Below are positions 53,181 to 64,000 of a stretch of DNA of 64,000 nucleotides, one piece after another (positions within the stretch are counted from its first letter, which is position 1; each line of letters starts with the position of its first letter). Under the pieces are notes generated by a model. The model searched no databases. It saw only the letters and a list, made by a program, of their open reading frames with translations, and was not told the DNA's origin. Location of the stretch: assembly GCF_041146345.1 (NCBI RefSeq), contig NW_027191408.1, positions 744,001 to 808,000 on the forward strand. Direction: 5' to 3'. Source of the DNA: Neodothiora populina. Its lineage: Eukaryota. The translations under genes and the position numbers were made by a program.

Positions 53181-56100
53181 ATGGACAGACCGAGGAAACG
53201 TACGCTTTTGCCACCGAACAAACCAGGACTTTAGTCGAGATGGACCATCACTGAACATAACAATCCAGGCGAACTGCGTGACCTCAATTTGAGAGCATGG
53301 GCTGGGGAGAAGGGTCCGTCTCTGCCCCCATCCATTCCTTTGGATCTGTTGGATAGACCAAGAAGAAATTGAGCAGTGAACTGATACAACTCGCAGATGT
53401 CCTGCCCGTCAACGCATCCCTGGATTCGTCCATGAAGAGGAACACGGCCTTTATCAAGCGACTCAGGACTGCCATTGCGCCCGCCGGCCAGAGCACCTTC
53501 CTCCAGGAGATCCGCTCCCTTTCGCTGCACAAGTACCTCTCCGAGATCATCTCGGCCTGCTTCGAGGGTCTTTGTAAACTCAAGTCTCCCGGAGAGATTG
53601 CCGCCGGCGGCGAGGTTGTCTCTGCGCTGCATCAGAGATTCGGGCCCGATGAGTTCACGAGATATATTGGATGGCTGATCGGCCGGGGCCTCAGCACGCC
53701 AGACCGCGCGCAGCTGAAGAATCTGGCGCAAGAAGTGAGGGAGCGTGAAGAGAAGGACAGAGTGAGCAGACAGAGAATCCTCCTCAGAGTTGCCACCGAG
53801 CTATGGCTTGTCGGCGTGTTGAAGAGCCTGGAAGATGTCGCGAGACCAGAAGACGCCAGCAAGACCAAAGACTCCGCAAAGGCTGGCGATGTTATGCCTA
53901 AACCCAAGACTAATGCCCTTCGACCCGATACCGCAGACCCGGAGCCTTTTCCTCTGGAGGTTCTCAAGGACATGTTAGGCCATGACCGCGAACACGTCAA
54001 TATGCCTCTCGTTGTCCTCTTCGTCAAGAGTTTTGGATGGGATATACTAGGCGCCAATCCAGCCAAGGTCGAGCGCAAGACGGTCATGGAGGACGGCGCC
54101 ACTACGTCCACTAATGGCAAGCACGAATCTCAGACCTCAGAAGACGAAGAAAAGGATGCTACTCAAGACCCACCACTGATCGGACCCGAGCTACAGCAGC
54201 GCTTTCGAAACATTCTCACTCGCTACTTTGAAGATGTCAAGGCTCACATCATGCGCGACCAGAAGCAAATCACCTCGCAAGGACGCCGCAATGCTGAAGC
54301 ATACGTCAAATCTGGCGAGGTTTTCGAGGATCGTCAGAACAACTACGAGAAGCAGATGAAGGCCCAGGAGAAGCTCTTCGCTAATGCTCAGATCCTTGCC
54401 GCTGCTTTGTCGGTGGAAATGCCTGATTTGTCTGAAAAGGAATCTGCCAACGGCAATGGTGACGGTAGTATCGGCCTTGTCAAGACCGGAGAGTATTTAC
54501 GTGGTCAAGCAGACGGCGCCGGTATCTGGGAAGACGACGAGGAGAGACGTTTCTATGAGAGCCTTGTTGATCTCAAGGACAGAGTCCCTGGCATTCTGCT
54601 TGAGGACGGAAAGAAGAAGAAAGCCGACACCGACGAACAAGTGGGCAAGCGCATCGAAGAGAAATCTGTCGAGGAGAGCAAAGAGCAAGCGGAGGTGTCT
54701 GGGACCAAGACCGCCGATGACGACGCCTCTACAGCAATTGCGAACAAGACGATTGGAGCTCAGGTCGATGCCCTTCTCTCTCAACTCACTGAACTCAGCA
54801 ATAGGGATCAGGTAGACCAATTCGCCATCGACTTTTGCTTCCTCAATTCTAAAGCTTCCCGAAACCGCTTGGTCAAAGCAATCCAGGACATCCCAAAGGG
54901 CAGGACTGATCTCTTGCCAGTTTATTCGAGACTTGTCGCTACTCTCGGAAAGCATTTGCCCGATGTCGCTCAAGGCATTGTTTCGTACCTGGACGAGGAG
55001 TTCCGTAGTCTGCAACGCCGCAAATCCAAAGACTTCCTGGGCCAAGTCCGCATGGTGAACATTCGCTATATCGCCGAGCTCACCAAGTTCGGTGTGGTTC
55101 CGGAACACGTCATCTTCCACTGTCTGAAGGTCAGCTTGGACGACTTCTCCCGCATGAACATTGAGATAATATCCAGCTTGTTGGAGAATTGCGGTCGCTA
55201 CCTCTTGCGTAATCCGGAGACTTCACCTCGCATGGCTTCTTTCTTAGAGACGTTGCAACGCAAAAAAGCTGCTCAGCATCTTGGTCAGCAGGAGCGCATG
55301 CTCATCGAGAATGCCATGTACTATGTCAACCCTCCCGAGCGTGCCGCCATCCAGCAAAAGGAGAGAACTCCGCTTGACTTGTATGTGCGAAAACTCATCT
55401 ACCTGGATCTTTCCAAGCGATCCCTCGAGAAGGTGATCAAGCAAATCCGCAAGCTGCACTGGGAAGAGCCAGAGGTTCCGGAGCTGTTACGCAAAATTTT
55501 CACCAAACCTGGCAAGATAAAATTTGGCAACGTCCACCTGCTCGCGGTCATTCTGGGCGCTCTTCACCGCTATCACCAAGACTTTTCTGTGTCCGTTATC
55601 GATGACTTACTGGAGAAGATCACCGTTGGTCTTGAGGTCAATGACTTCAAACACAACCAGAAGCGTATCGCGGAAGTCAAGTATCTGAGCGAGCTCTACG
55701 TATACCGCATGGTCGACTCCTCGCTCATATTCGATACTCTCTACAAGATTCTCAACTATGGTCATCCGGCTGGGTTCGCCAGACCTGACAGCCTCAACCC
55801 CTTGGATCTCCCTGACGACTGTTTCCGCATCCGTCTGGTTTGTGCCCTGCTCGAGACGTCCGGAGTGTATTTCGACAAAGGCGCAGTCAAAAAGAAGCTT
55901 GATTTCTTCTTGTCATTCCTACAATACTACATACAGACCAAGGATCCAGTCCCTATGGATATTGACTTTGTGATTCAAGATACTTTTGCCTTGCTACGAC
56001 CTAACTGGAAGATAGCGTCTACTCTCGAGGAGGCAAGTCATGCGTTTGCTGAAGCATGTAAGCAAAACTACAAAGACACAGCTGCCAACAAGACTGTCGA

Positions 56101-57558
56101 ACCTGAGGAGCGCGAACCAGAGGAGGGAGAATTATCCGACGACGCCAGAGACAGACACGATCTTTCAGAGAACGAAGACGACGATGGTGAGAAATCGTCC
56201 GGTGAAGAGGGCGTCGAACGAAATGAGGACGAGCCTTCCGGCAACATGTCCGACGAAGAAGAACAAATCGTCGTCACTCGCGCCGAGGACCAACGTGATC
56301 CCGAGGCTGACGCCGAGTTCGACCGTGAATTGGCAAGGATGATGGCGGACAGTGTCGAGTCACGCAAGTTCGACCGCAAACCCATCTTCGATGTGCCCCT
56401 ACCCATGCGTCGCGGGCGTGATGTGCCATCTTTTAGCACTGAAGAAGCACCACCCCAAGAGCGCACAGAAGTGGCGCCCACGGGCCCTGGTACAATGAAA
56501 TTTGCCTTGTTAAGTAAGAAGGGCAACAGACAACAGGTAACGTCACAATTACTATCCAATCTTAGGATTTCTTTCCTGTCCTCCAAAGCACACTCACTGA
56601 TCGAACCCCGTCTCTAACCGAATAGACTCGTGCAATCGATCTCCCTTCTGACTCGACATTCGCTGTGGCAATGCGTAACCAACAAGAAGCCGAACGAGCA
56701 GAACAGCAACGCATTAAGAGCCTGGTCTTGAACTACGACCTGCGCGACGATGATTCTAATGATGGTGAGCAAAAGCAACAGCGACATCCCTTGTTACGTC
56801 CCAACCCAAACCGCAACCGTAAACGTCAAAACGGTTGTCGAGCCCCAAGAACAATCGAAGAATCACATTGTGTCGCGCTTCAACAGTGGAAAGCGAATAT
56901 CTCATGCGCAGTCGGTTGGATTCAACAACCTGCCGACGACTACAACCACTCGTATACCCAGTGATGGTCGTGAGATGCCCCTCGAGTCTCACGTTCTGTT
57001 CCCCCCTCTGCCCAAACCTGCGAGCCAACGAGATGGAAAGAAGACAGAGAGGAAGACCAAAGGGAATGCGAAGGCGGAGAACTCGAAGCCTTTGTGATTT
57101 GTGTTCATCACACATTTCAACTCTCTTTTGTTTCGTCTCATCATTACCTGGCACTTTTCGTGCAACCATTTTTTTTTGTCAAGTCCATCCTGCGTCACAC
57201 ATCAGTCTTTCAACTTGATACCCAAGAGCGAACAACAAGATCCCTTGATGAACCCCTGCACTATTATAACCGAGGATACGGAAGAAGTAATCACAACAAA
57301 ACAAAAGCAAAACAAAAAAACCTCTGAGAAAAACATAGGCTAACCAAAACTCTCCTCTGTTCCTCTTGGCACAGCAGCTCTAGAACTTCAATCTCCATAT
57401 ACACAACCTAGAATCGACAAATCCGGCACGGGTCGCAATCAACAGCGAGCGAGAAAATTGCAGTTGAGTGATGTGGACTGGTGCGTATTTTCTCTTTGAG
57501 AACAAGCGAACGACAGAAGAAAAAAATTAACACTCACATGAGTCTCTGAAGGACATGA
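53181..57558 (+). CDS. UPF2: Nonsense-mediated decay factor Upf2 (three MIF4G domains, C-terminal Upf1-binding region)
   Basis: Exons 53181-53199, 53269-53313, 53397-56536, 56626-56764, 57375-57480, 57552-57558. Motifs LDSSMKRNTAFIKRL, FIAEL-like YIAELTKF, FRIRLVC, EQQRIKSLVLNY and terminal RARKLQLSDVDW(T). The last two exons are less certain. Confidence 0.92.
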
Positions 57559-58544
57559 TGACAAACAACGCCACAAGAAACCGGTACGACCAACACTCTC
57601 AAGAGGGAGGGAACGCATAAGTCCGACACCTCGAGTCACCACTCGATACACAGTCCCCAGAAGAGAAAATTGAGACAAATTGAGACAAGACGGAAAGTAC
57701 TGGACTTGAGACCTCGATCGACGCCTTCTTATTCGTCTGGAAATGGTTCTCGTATGAACCTCCTCACCCGACAGTCTAATGCATCCTTCCGCTCGACTCG
57801 ACCGACAGATCAGACTGCACCAGATCAACGCAACGACCAAGAGCAGGGGAGAGGGGAACACATTCCATCGCTCGACCCCTCACTACCTCTTTCTTCTCTT
57901 CTCTTTCACCGACAACTCTACTTTTTCGAAACACATCAATCTCTGCACACCACAAGAGAGCAAGCACGAAAGGAGAAGGAAACGGGAGGGATAAGGGATA
58001 GGTACCTATGCGAGAGACGAGAGAAGATGATGATGGGTTGGTCAATCCATGCATGCATATCTTTTCTCCTTACTCGTTTCTGGAAGGAGTCATGCAATGA
58101 GATGGGAGGGGATGATACGAGCGAGGAAGAAAAGGGAAAGAACTATCATCCATGCTAGCTTTCTCGTCTCCGACGGCTTCTACAACCACATCGTAGTGGT
58201 TGGCCCGGGGGCAGAAAGTCGGCAGAATTGAGCTGTAGGCTACCTTAGACATCGGACTCCAAGCAGCGATATTGGTGGTCATGCAGATATATCCACAAGA
58301 GCAAATGCCGTTGCCACTCGCTGCGGTCTTCCCACACAAAAATCCCCAAAACACTCTTTACCCCAGTCAAATTCAGCAAAGAGTGACACGTATACGGCAA
58401 AGTTCAAGAGCGACAATTCATGTATTCATTAGGAACGATGTATTAACAATAGCTAGGTCTCATAGCACCCTTCTCAAGCATGCATCGCTCATGAGACCAT
58501 CTAGCCGTTCGCTAGACCCGTGCAGTACCTCATCATCATCTCAT

Positions 58545-58982
58545 CTACTTTGAAGCAGCAGTAGAAGTGTAACCGCCGGATTTGACACTATCCGAACTCA
58601 GCATCCTCTCCATGTTGACACGCTTCTGGTTGGCGGCATTATAATTCTGTTGTCTACCAAGTACGCCGGGCCCGTTGGCTGTAGCGTCGGCATTGTCACC
58701 CCGATAAGCCAGACCTGCAACAACTTTTGGTTCGGACGAAGATGATGATGTAGTCGTGCCCACGGCGCGGTCTGCTAGCGCTTGTGCGTAATTTGTTGAG
58801 CTTGTAGTGCGGAGATGGTCAGGGCGAGTATGGGAGTGCGGCGGGTGCGATGCTGGCGTGTGGTACTCTGGTACCAACCCGGGAGGCTTGGAAGAAGCAG
58901 ATTCATCAACGATTGCACGAGTTGCGGTAGCTGATGGACGTTGATAGTGGTAAGGTTCCACTGCTGGGGCGTTCGAAGTCAT
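58545..58982 (-). CDS. Small low-complexity hypothetical protein
   Basis: ORF MTSNAPAVEPYHYQ...PGVLGRQQNY...KRVNMERML...GGYTST. The C-terminal pattern resembles unnamed ascomycete hypotheticals as I recall them. Start uncertain. Confidence 0.55.
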   Translation of the reverse strand: MTSNAPAVEPYHYQRPSATATRAIVDESASSKPPGLVPEYHTPASHPPHSHTRPDHLRTTSSTNYAQALADRAVGTTTSSSSSEPKVVAGLAYRGDNADATANGPGVLGRQQNYNAANQKRVNMERMLSSDSVKSGGYTSTAASK

Positions 58983-59155
58983 CCTGTATCGCATTGTGTC
59001 AATTTGACATGTTGAGCAATCGTAATCCACGGCTAAGCATCACCCTCAGTTTAGACGTGCTTACTTTATCTTATGCTGTCGCAAGTGATTCGATTGGCGG
59101 AGCTACAGGAACAGCTGTTGATGGTGCCACTGGTACTAGGACTGCCGTTGGTGGG

Positions 59156-59178
59156 GCTGCTGCTGCTGCTGCTGCTGC
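59156..59178 (+). repeat. (GCT)n trinucleotide repeat
   Basis: gctgctgctgctgctgctgctgc. Confidence 0.85.
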
Positions 59179-61081
59179 TGGAGACGCGACCGGATCTGCC
59201 ACTGGTGAAACTGCTGGGGCAACAGGCGCTGCAACTGGTGAAGTTGCTGGTTGAACAACGACTACGGCTGCTGGAGCTATCGCAGGGGGGTCTTCGTAGA
59301 TCTCGCCCTCTTCCTGCTTCCTTCGTTTCAAGTGACTGAGGAGCCTTCCACGTTCGAGCTTTGCAATGGTTCCGCCGATGAGGAGGTGCAGCTGAATCAG
59401 CACGCGCTCAAGAAAGCTCTTCCTCTCTAGAGTTTCTGACGCAGGTGGCGACGACGGTGTTGCACTGGGAACGGAAGCTGCACTTGGAGCTGACTTAGTA
59501 AGCGTTGGTCAAGCGTTGATGAGACTGTCAAGTCAGTGCATCTCACAAGCTATCTCGATGAGTCGACTCGAGAGGGACCAAGTAGGTATATTCTCTTTGT
59601 CGAGGACTCCTCAGGCAAGGTCGGCGGGGGCGGCTTTTCTGTGCCAACAATGTGCAAACCACAAATCAATGGGTAAAGAGGAAGGATGTAAGCAAGAAAC
59701 AAAGCTCGAAATGGTAATGATAGTGGAGGAAGAAGGAAGTATGAGCAGAATGTCGAGAGATAGATAATCTCCTCCCACCGAAGGCAATCATGAAGATGCT
59801 ATAGGAAGGAACGATTCATTCCTGCGAACTTACCCGGTCTGAGCCTGCCAGCACCAACATCATGCACCTGGTCATTCGGCAGATTGCTGCCTTACATGGT
59901 GCTCTTGTCACATGTATTTTAAGTAAGGTCCAGGTAAACATCAAGTGCGGGGAGAGGGCCCACTTCAACCTCCTCCCCACACAGGAGTTGGAGTTGCGAG
60001 GGAAAGTAAAAGCAAGGGCCAACGATATGTGGAAAGCGGCCTCCACAGACCGAAGGATTCGCCGACTCGCACGACAGCACCGGATAGACGACTTCTGAAC
60101 CTTACCCAGTAACACTGCTCTTGCTCTCGAATATGACATGTGTGCTCGCCTCTGTGCTACATTTTCCTGTGCCGGCGTAACTGGAATGTGTAATTGTTTT
60201 TCCGAGACAAATAAGCCAGAGCCTAACGGGAATGATGCGAATCTGAACGGATTGGAGTCGATAACAGCAACGCTTACAAGCCGCACACAACGGGTACCGC
60301 GTGAAGTACCGAATGGTAGAGCCACAGACTGCAATCAAAGCGCAGCAGCCCTGCGAGTAGAGTGGTAAGAAAAAGTCTTGACTTTGTGGGACTGGTCTGG
60401 AGCGTTGTAGTACCTCTTCAAGCCACACAAGCCGAGACATCCACATTGATCGCATCTCGTGGTAGATCAACCGGCATTCCAATACTCTATGCAATGGTTG
60501 TATAAGGCTTGTGCCCTCCGAGAAGACGATCGTCAATACTGATCCAGGCCGTACCCAGAGATCACACAGTACGAATATTCATAGCAATGCAGGACGAAGC
60601 ACGAACCTGTTCTTGTCATAAGTCCTGCCAGTTTTCATAAATGAACTCAGCTTACAATGTCGGTGAGCGAGGGGGCAAGCACTCAAATATAGTCTGCACT
60701 TCGTTATAGAGCGTTGTAGAATAGGCGTAGGGTCCGCGACTGCACTTAACGTCTTTCCCTTTTGTCACAACGCACATGGCGCAACCTGTCCCATTACCGG
60801 CTTTGCAGCATGTCTCGAGTGCGCCATGCATATCTAAGACTTTTAATGACGCTTGTGTCTTTCCACACCGCGACAGTGTGCAAAGAAGAAACGACCGACT
60901 CATGTCTGGGTATTTCGCTGCTTGATCTTCCTTGAGAGCCTTCTAGGTGCAGATCAGAATCTTCAGGTTTCGATGATCATTTAAACACCCAGCCTCTCCC
61001 TACTTTAGTAACACCACTTTAATAGCAGGATTTGCTGCGTCTTTACCTCACATTGTCACAATTGCAACCCCTACCAAGACC

Positions 61082-61975
61082 ATGTCGATCCATTGCTCTC
61101 CTGCTCTAAGCTTCTGTGACACTCTGTCTTCACCTGATCTGGACGCATACCTAGATTGTCTTCCACCTCTTGATGCTCTTCCAAGTCCGCATATCAAGGA
61201 GGCTCGGTGGAGAGATGAATACCTTGCTGCTAGTCTCAGTAGGAATGGTTCCATCCTTGGTGATGCGCAATTATGTCGTAAGTTCCACAGGAAAGCCTGG
61301 CTCAGCACCTAGCTAATCATGCATACAGACATGACGATAGCAAGGGTCCTCTGTGACATAACATCGTGTGACAATTGTTCCATGGTTCAGGTCTTGCCAG
61401 CCACCATTGCACATTTCTTGGAGAAATCTCAGCTTCCTGCGGAGACCATTGCGATAGCCTACAACGTCTTGGCCTCACCCAATATCTCAGACTGTTGTTG
61501 CTGCACATCGGCGAAAATACTCAATGGCCATGGATCAATAGACGCTGGCTCGTCTCATCAGCAGGCATGCATGATCATTTCTGCGCTGAGTATCGCCGTC
61601 TCTATGACCGAGGACCATACGCGAGGCCTGTCGTACTGGTGTCAACAAGTTGCGGGTGGTGCTGTCAGTGCTGAGCAAATCGGAGCTATGACCAGATTCC
61701 TACTCGCCCAGCTGGACTGGCAAATCCTCCACTTCACGGCGCCTGGAGCGGTCAGCGATACGATCGAGATGTTTTCGAGGTCGGTTGAGCGAGCGGCACA
61801 CGCGTCTCCACCCAGGAAGTCCCAATGCCTTGATGAGTTACGCAGACTGCAGGTCAGTCCACACATAAGAGTAGCCATGGGGTATGGCATGATCACTTCA
61901 GAAGCGAGCCTGGAGCGGCCATCGTATCTTTTATCTTCACGATCTACAGTCCAAGCAAACAAAGCAGCTGCGTAA
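61082..61975 (+). CDS. Hypothetical protein with cyclin-like (Pcl/Clg1-like) fold
   Basis: Exon 61082-61238 and exon 61329-61975 join in frame via GTAGGA...GCTAAT...CAG. Helical pattern FLEKSQLPAETIAIAYNVL, IISALSIAVSMTED, SYW and LLAQLDWQI resembles a cyclin box. Confidence 0.55.
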
Positions 61976-62649
61976 CGGCACAGAGCGGGTATCTGGTGAT
62001 GGAGCTGACGGTCGTCGGCACTCGGAGAGGTCGGAAAGTAGCGCCAAAGCATGCCCGCTTTCGCCAAACTTGATGTGGAATGATGAAGCATAGCGAATTG
62101 ATACCCCAATGTTCAGAGCACGCAACCATAGATACACTCTTATAAGTCATAATAATAACACCACATTACATGCATAGACTGATAGGGGCTCCGCTGGTGA
62201 GCATGTCAAATTCAACAACCCACCCTCTGGCGATCACAAGGTAGTACCTGCCAAGGCACTGGTCCAAGACCCATGCTTCCGCTGGCTTGTCAACGCAAGA
62301 GTGAAGTAGCTGTCACCCCACATGAGACTCCCCCGCATTCGGGGCTCCGTTTGGCTAGAACCTCCGACCAGAGCACGTACAGTATGTGAGTACAGGCGTG
62401 ATGGTACCGTTGTTAATAGTGGAGGGATAGCTTTGCTCAACTGGAGAGATAGCTTTTCTCAACAAGTTGCGAGGATCTTACGAGCCTCGCATAACAGCTT
62501 GGAGCTCCCCTCTTCTTTCCTCGAGCCATTTCATACCTCTGTTCAGGTCAATTTGTCACACTTTTTCCTTTGCCCGCACCTTCCCGCTAGTCGTCAATAC
62601 TTTCCCAGAGTGCCTCGTTACCTACCTTTGGGGTACTATAACAGCAAAG

Positions 62650-64000
62650 ATGGCTACACCTGCCTCTCCACGTCAACGCAGGCCGTCGACGAGTGCACCT
62701 GTTGCCGAATTGGGCCCAATCGGTCCAGAGGGCATGACCAGGCCGAAGCACAAGCGAACTGTCACTGGTCTCAGTCCTGACGACAGAAAGAAAGTCGAGG
62801 CAGAGATCCCCGACTCTCAAAAGGCTGCGTAAGTTTGTCCACTTGATTGAAGATGCTTCTGCATGACTGACCGTAACCTGTAGGTGGAAGAAACATGTAA
62901 GTCTGCCGACTCTGCTGGGTCCTGGGACTGCTCACTGACTGCATCAATAGAGCGCACAAGGTTTCAAGACGAAGGAAGAGTTTGAGGTTCGAACACTGAT
63001 TCGTAGTGGTTTCCAACATATGAACTGATCCATTACAGAACGAGGCAGTCCGCCACATTGAGACGACCCTCGCCAGATCGCTGTACAACCTTGACGATGG
63101 GTGTGTTCTCCCCCGCCGCACTTCAGTTGCAATTTGACCTGACAACATCTAGGGCCGTGTACGGCGGAACTGCTCTGGCGTTCCGTGACCGCTTGGTCAT
63201 TGACTGGAACAAGACTCAGCAGAACCAGGCCAATGCTGATCAGAAGCGTGTTTACTGTATGTTATGTCTTTATTGCTGTTTAGCAGTCCTGTCTCTTACA
63301 GAGCCATCTAGACTTATCACTAGAGTTCCTCATGGGCCGTGCTCTCGACAATGCTATGCTGAACGTAGGACTCAAGAATGTCGCCAAAGGTTTGGATGTC
63401 CACGATACTACCTGGCTCGGCAATTACTGACAAAAAGTCACAGAGGGTTTGGCAGAACTCGGCTTCCGCATGGAAGACATCATCAGCCAGGAGCGAGACG
63501 CAGCACTCGGTAACGGTGGTCTCGGCCGTCTCGCAGCTTGCTTCCTCGACAGTCTTGCATCTCTCGACTATCCAGCCTGGGGATACGGACTCCGGTACCG
63601 TTACGGTATCTTCAAGCAAGAGATCGTGAACGGGTACCAAGTCGAGGTTCCCGACTACTGGCTTGACTTCAACCCTTGGGAGTTTCCCAGACACGATGTC
63701 ACGGTCGACATTCAGTTCTATGGAAACGTTCGTAAATACACTGATGATGACGGAAAACAAGTGTCCGTTTGGGAAAATGGCGAGATTGTCACTGCGACCG
63801 CGTTCGATGTGCCAATTCCTGGTTATAGCACCCCAACAACCAACAACCTCCGTTTGTGGTCGAGCAAGTCCTCGTCTGGCGAGTTCGATTTCCAGAAGTT
63901 CAACAGTGGCCAATACGAGGGCAGTGTTAACGACCAGCAGAGAGCCGAGACCATCTCTGCCGTGCTCTACCCCAACGACAACCTTGAGAGCGGTAAGGAA
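62650..64000 (+). CDS. GPH1: Glycogen phosphorylase, 5' part (runs off the window)
   Basis: Exons 62650-62828, 62884-62896, 62951-62986, 63039-63100, 63153-63256, 63312-63389, 63444 onward. Motifs [43 protein letters not shown] and ISAVLYPND. Confidence 0.97.

Noticed and set aside
60312..60345. AATGGTAGAGC...GACTGCAATC resembling a tRNA-Cys D arm and anticodon
   Set aside because: No T-loop (GTTCRA), anticodon stem or acceptor stem.
62080..62182. ATGATGA...CTGA as a possible C/D snoRNA
   Set aside because: No terminal stem or recognisable rRNA-antisense guide, and it lies in a probable 3' UTR.

Overview
Eukaryotic, intron-containing DNA from a filamentous ascomycete (Pezizomycotina; Dothideomycete-like by impression only). 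It is a gene-dense core-genome region with about 24 protein-coding genes and one tRNA-Trp. In order: GATA-factor 3' end, PI4K LSB6, HIRAN/SNF2/RING helicase, Mms1/DDB1-like, Gyp8-like TBC GAP, Egt2-like PLP lyase, AVL9, HOG1, tRNA-Trp(CCA), group III G-alpha, class VI-type chitin synthase, RRG7/DUF2034, MED21, OM14-like, MIA40, THI80, KAP104, SSH4-like SPRY, cupin, cullin-1, UPF2, a small hypothetical, a cyclin-like protein, and the 5' part of glycogen phosphorylase. I see no transposon, CRISPR array, secondary-metabolite cluster or clearly new multi-gene system. The most interesting signals are in gene structure and regulation: a frame-required 2-nt microexon in the OM14-like gene, a GC-AG intron needed to restore a TBC motif, an unusually long intron with PTC potential near the 3' end of UPF2, tandem ATGs that could control G-alpha myristoylation, an A31-C39 mismatch in tRNA-Trp, and a strand-oriented TACCT promoter motif. 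Product calls come from motif recognition and hand splicing; no database searches were run.
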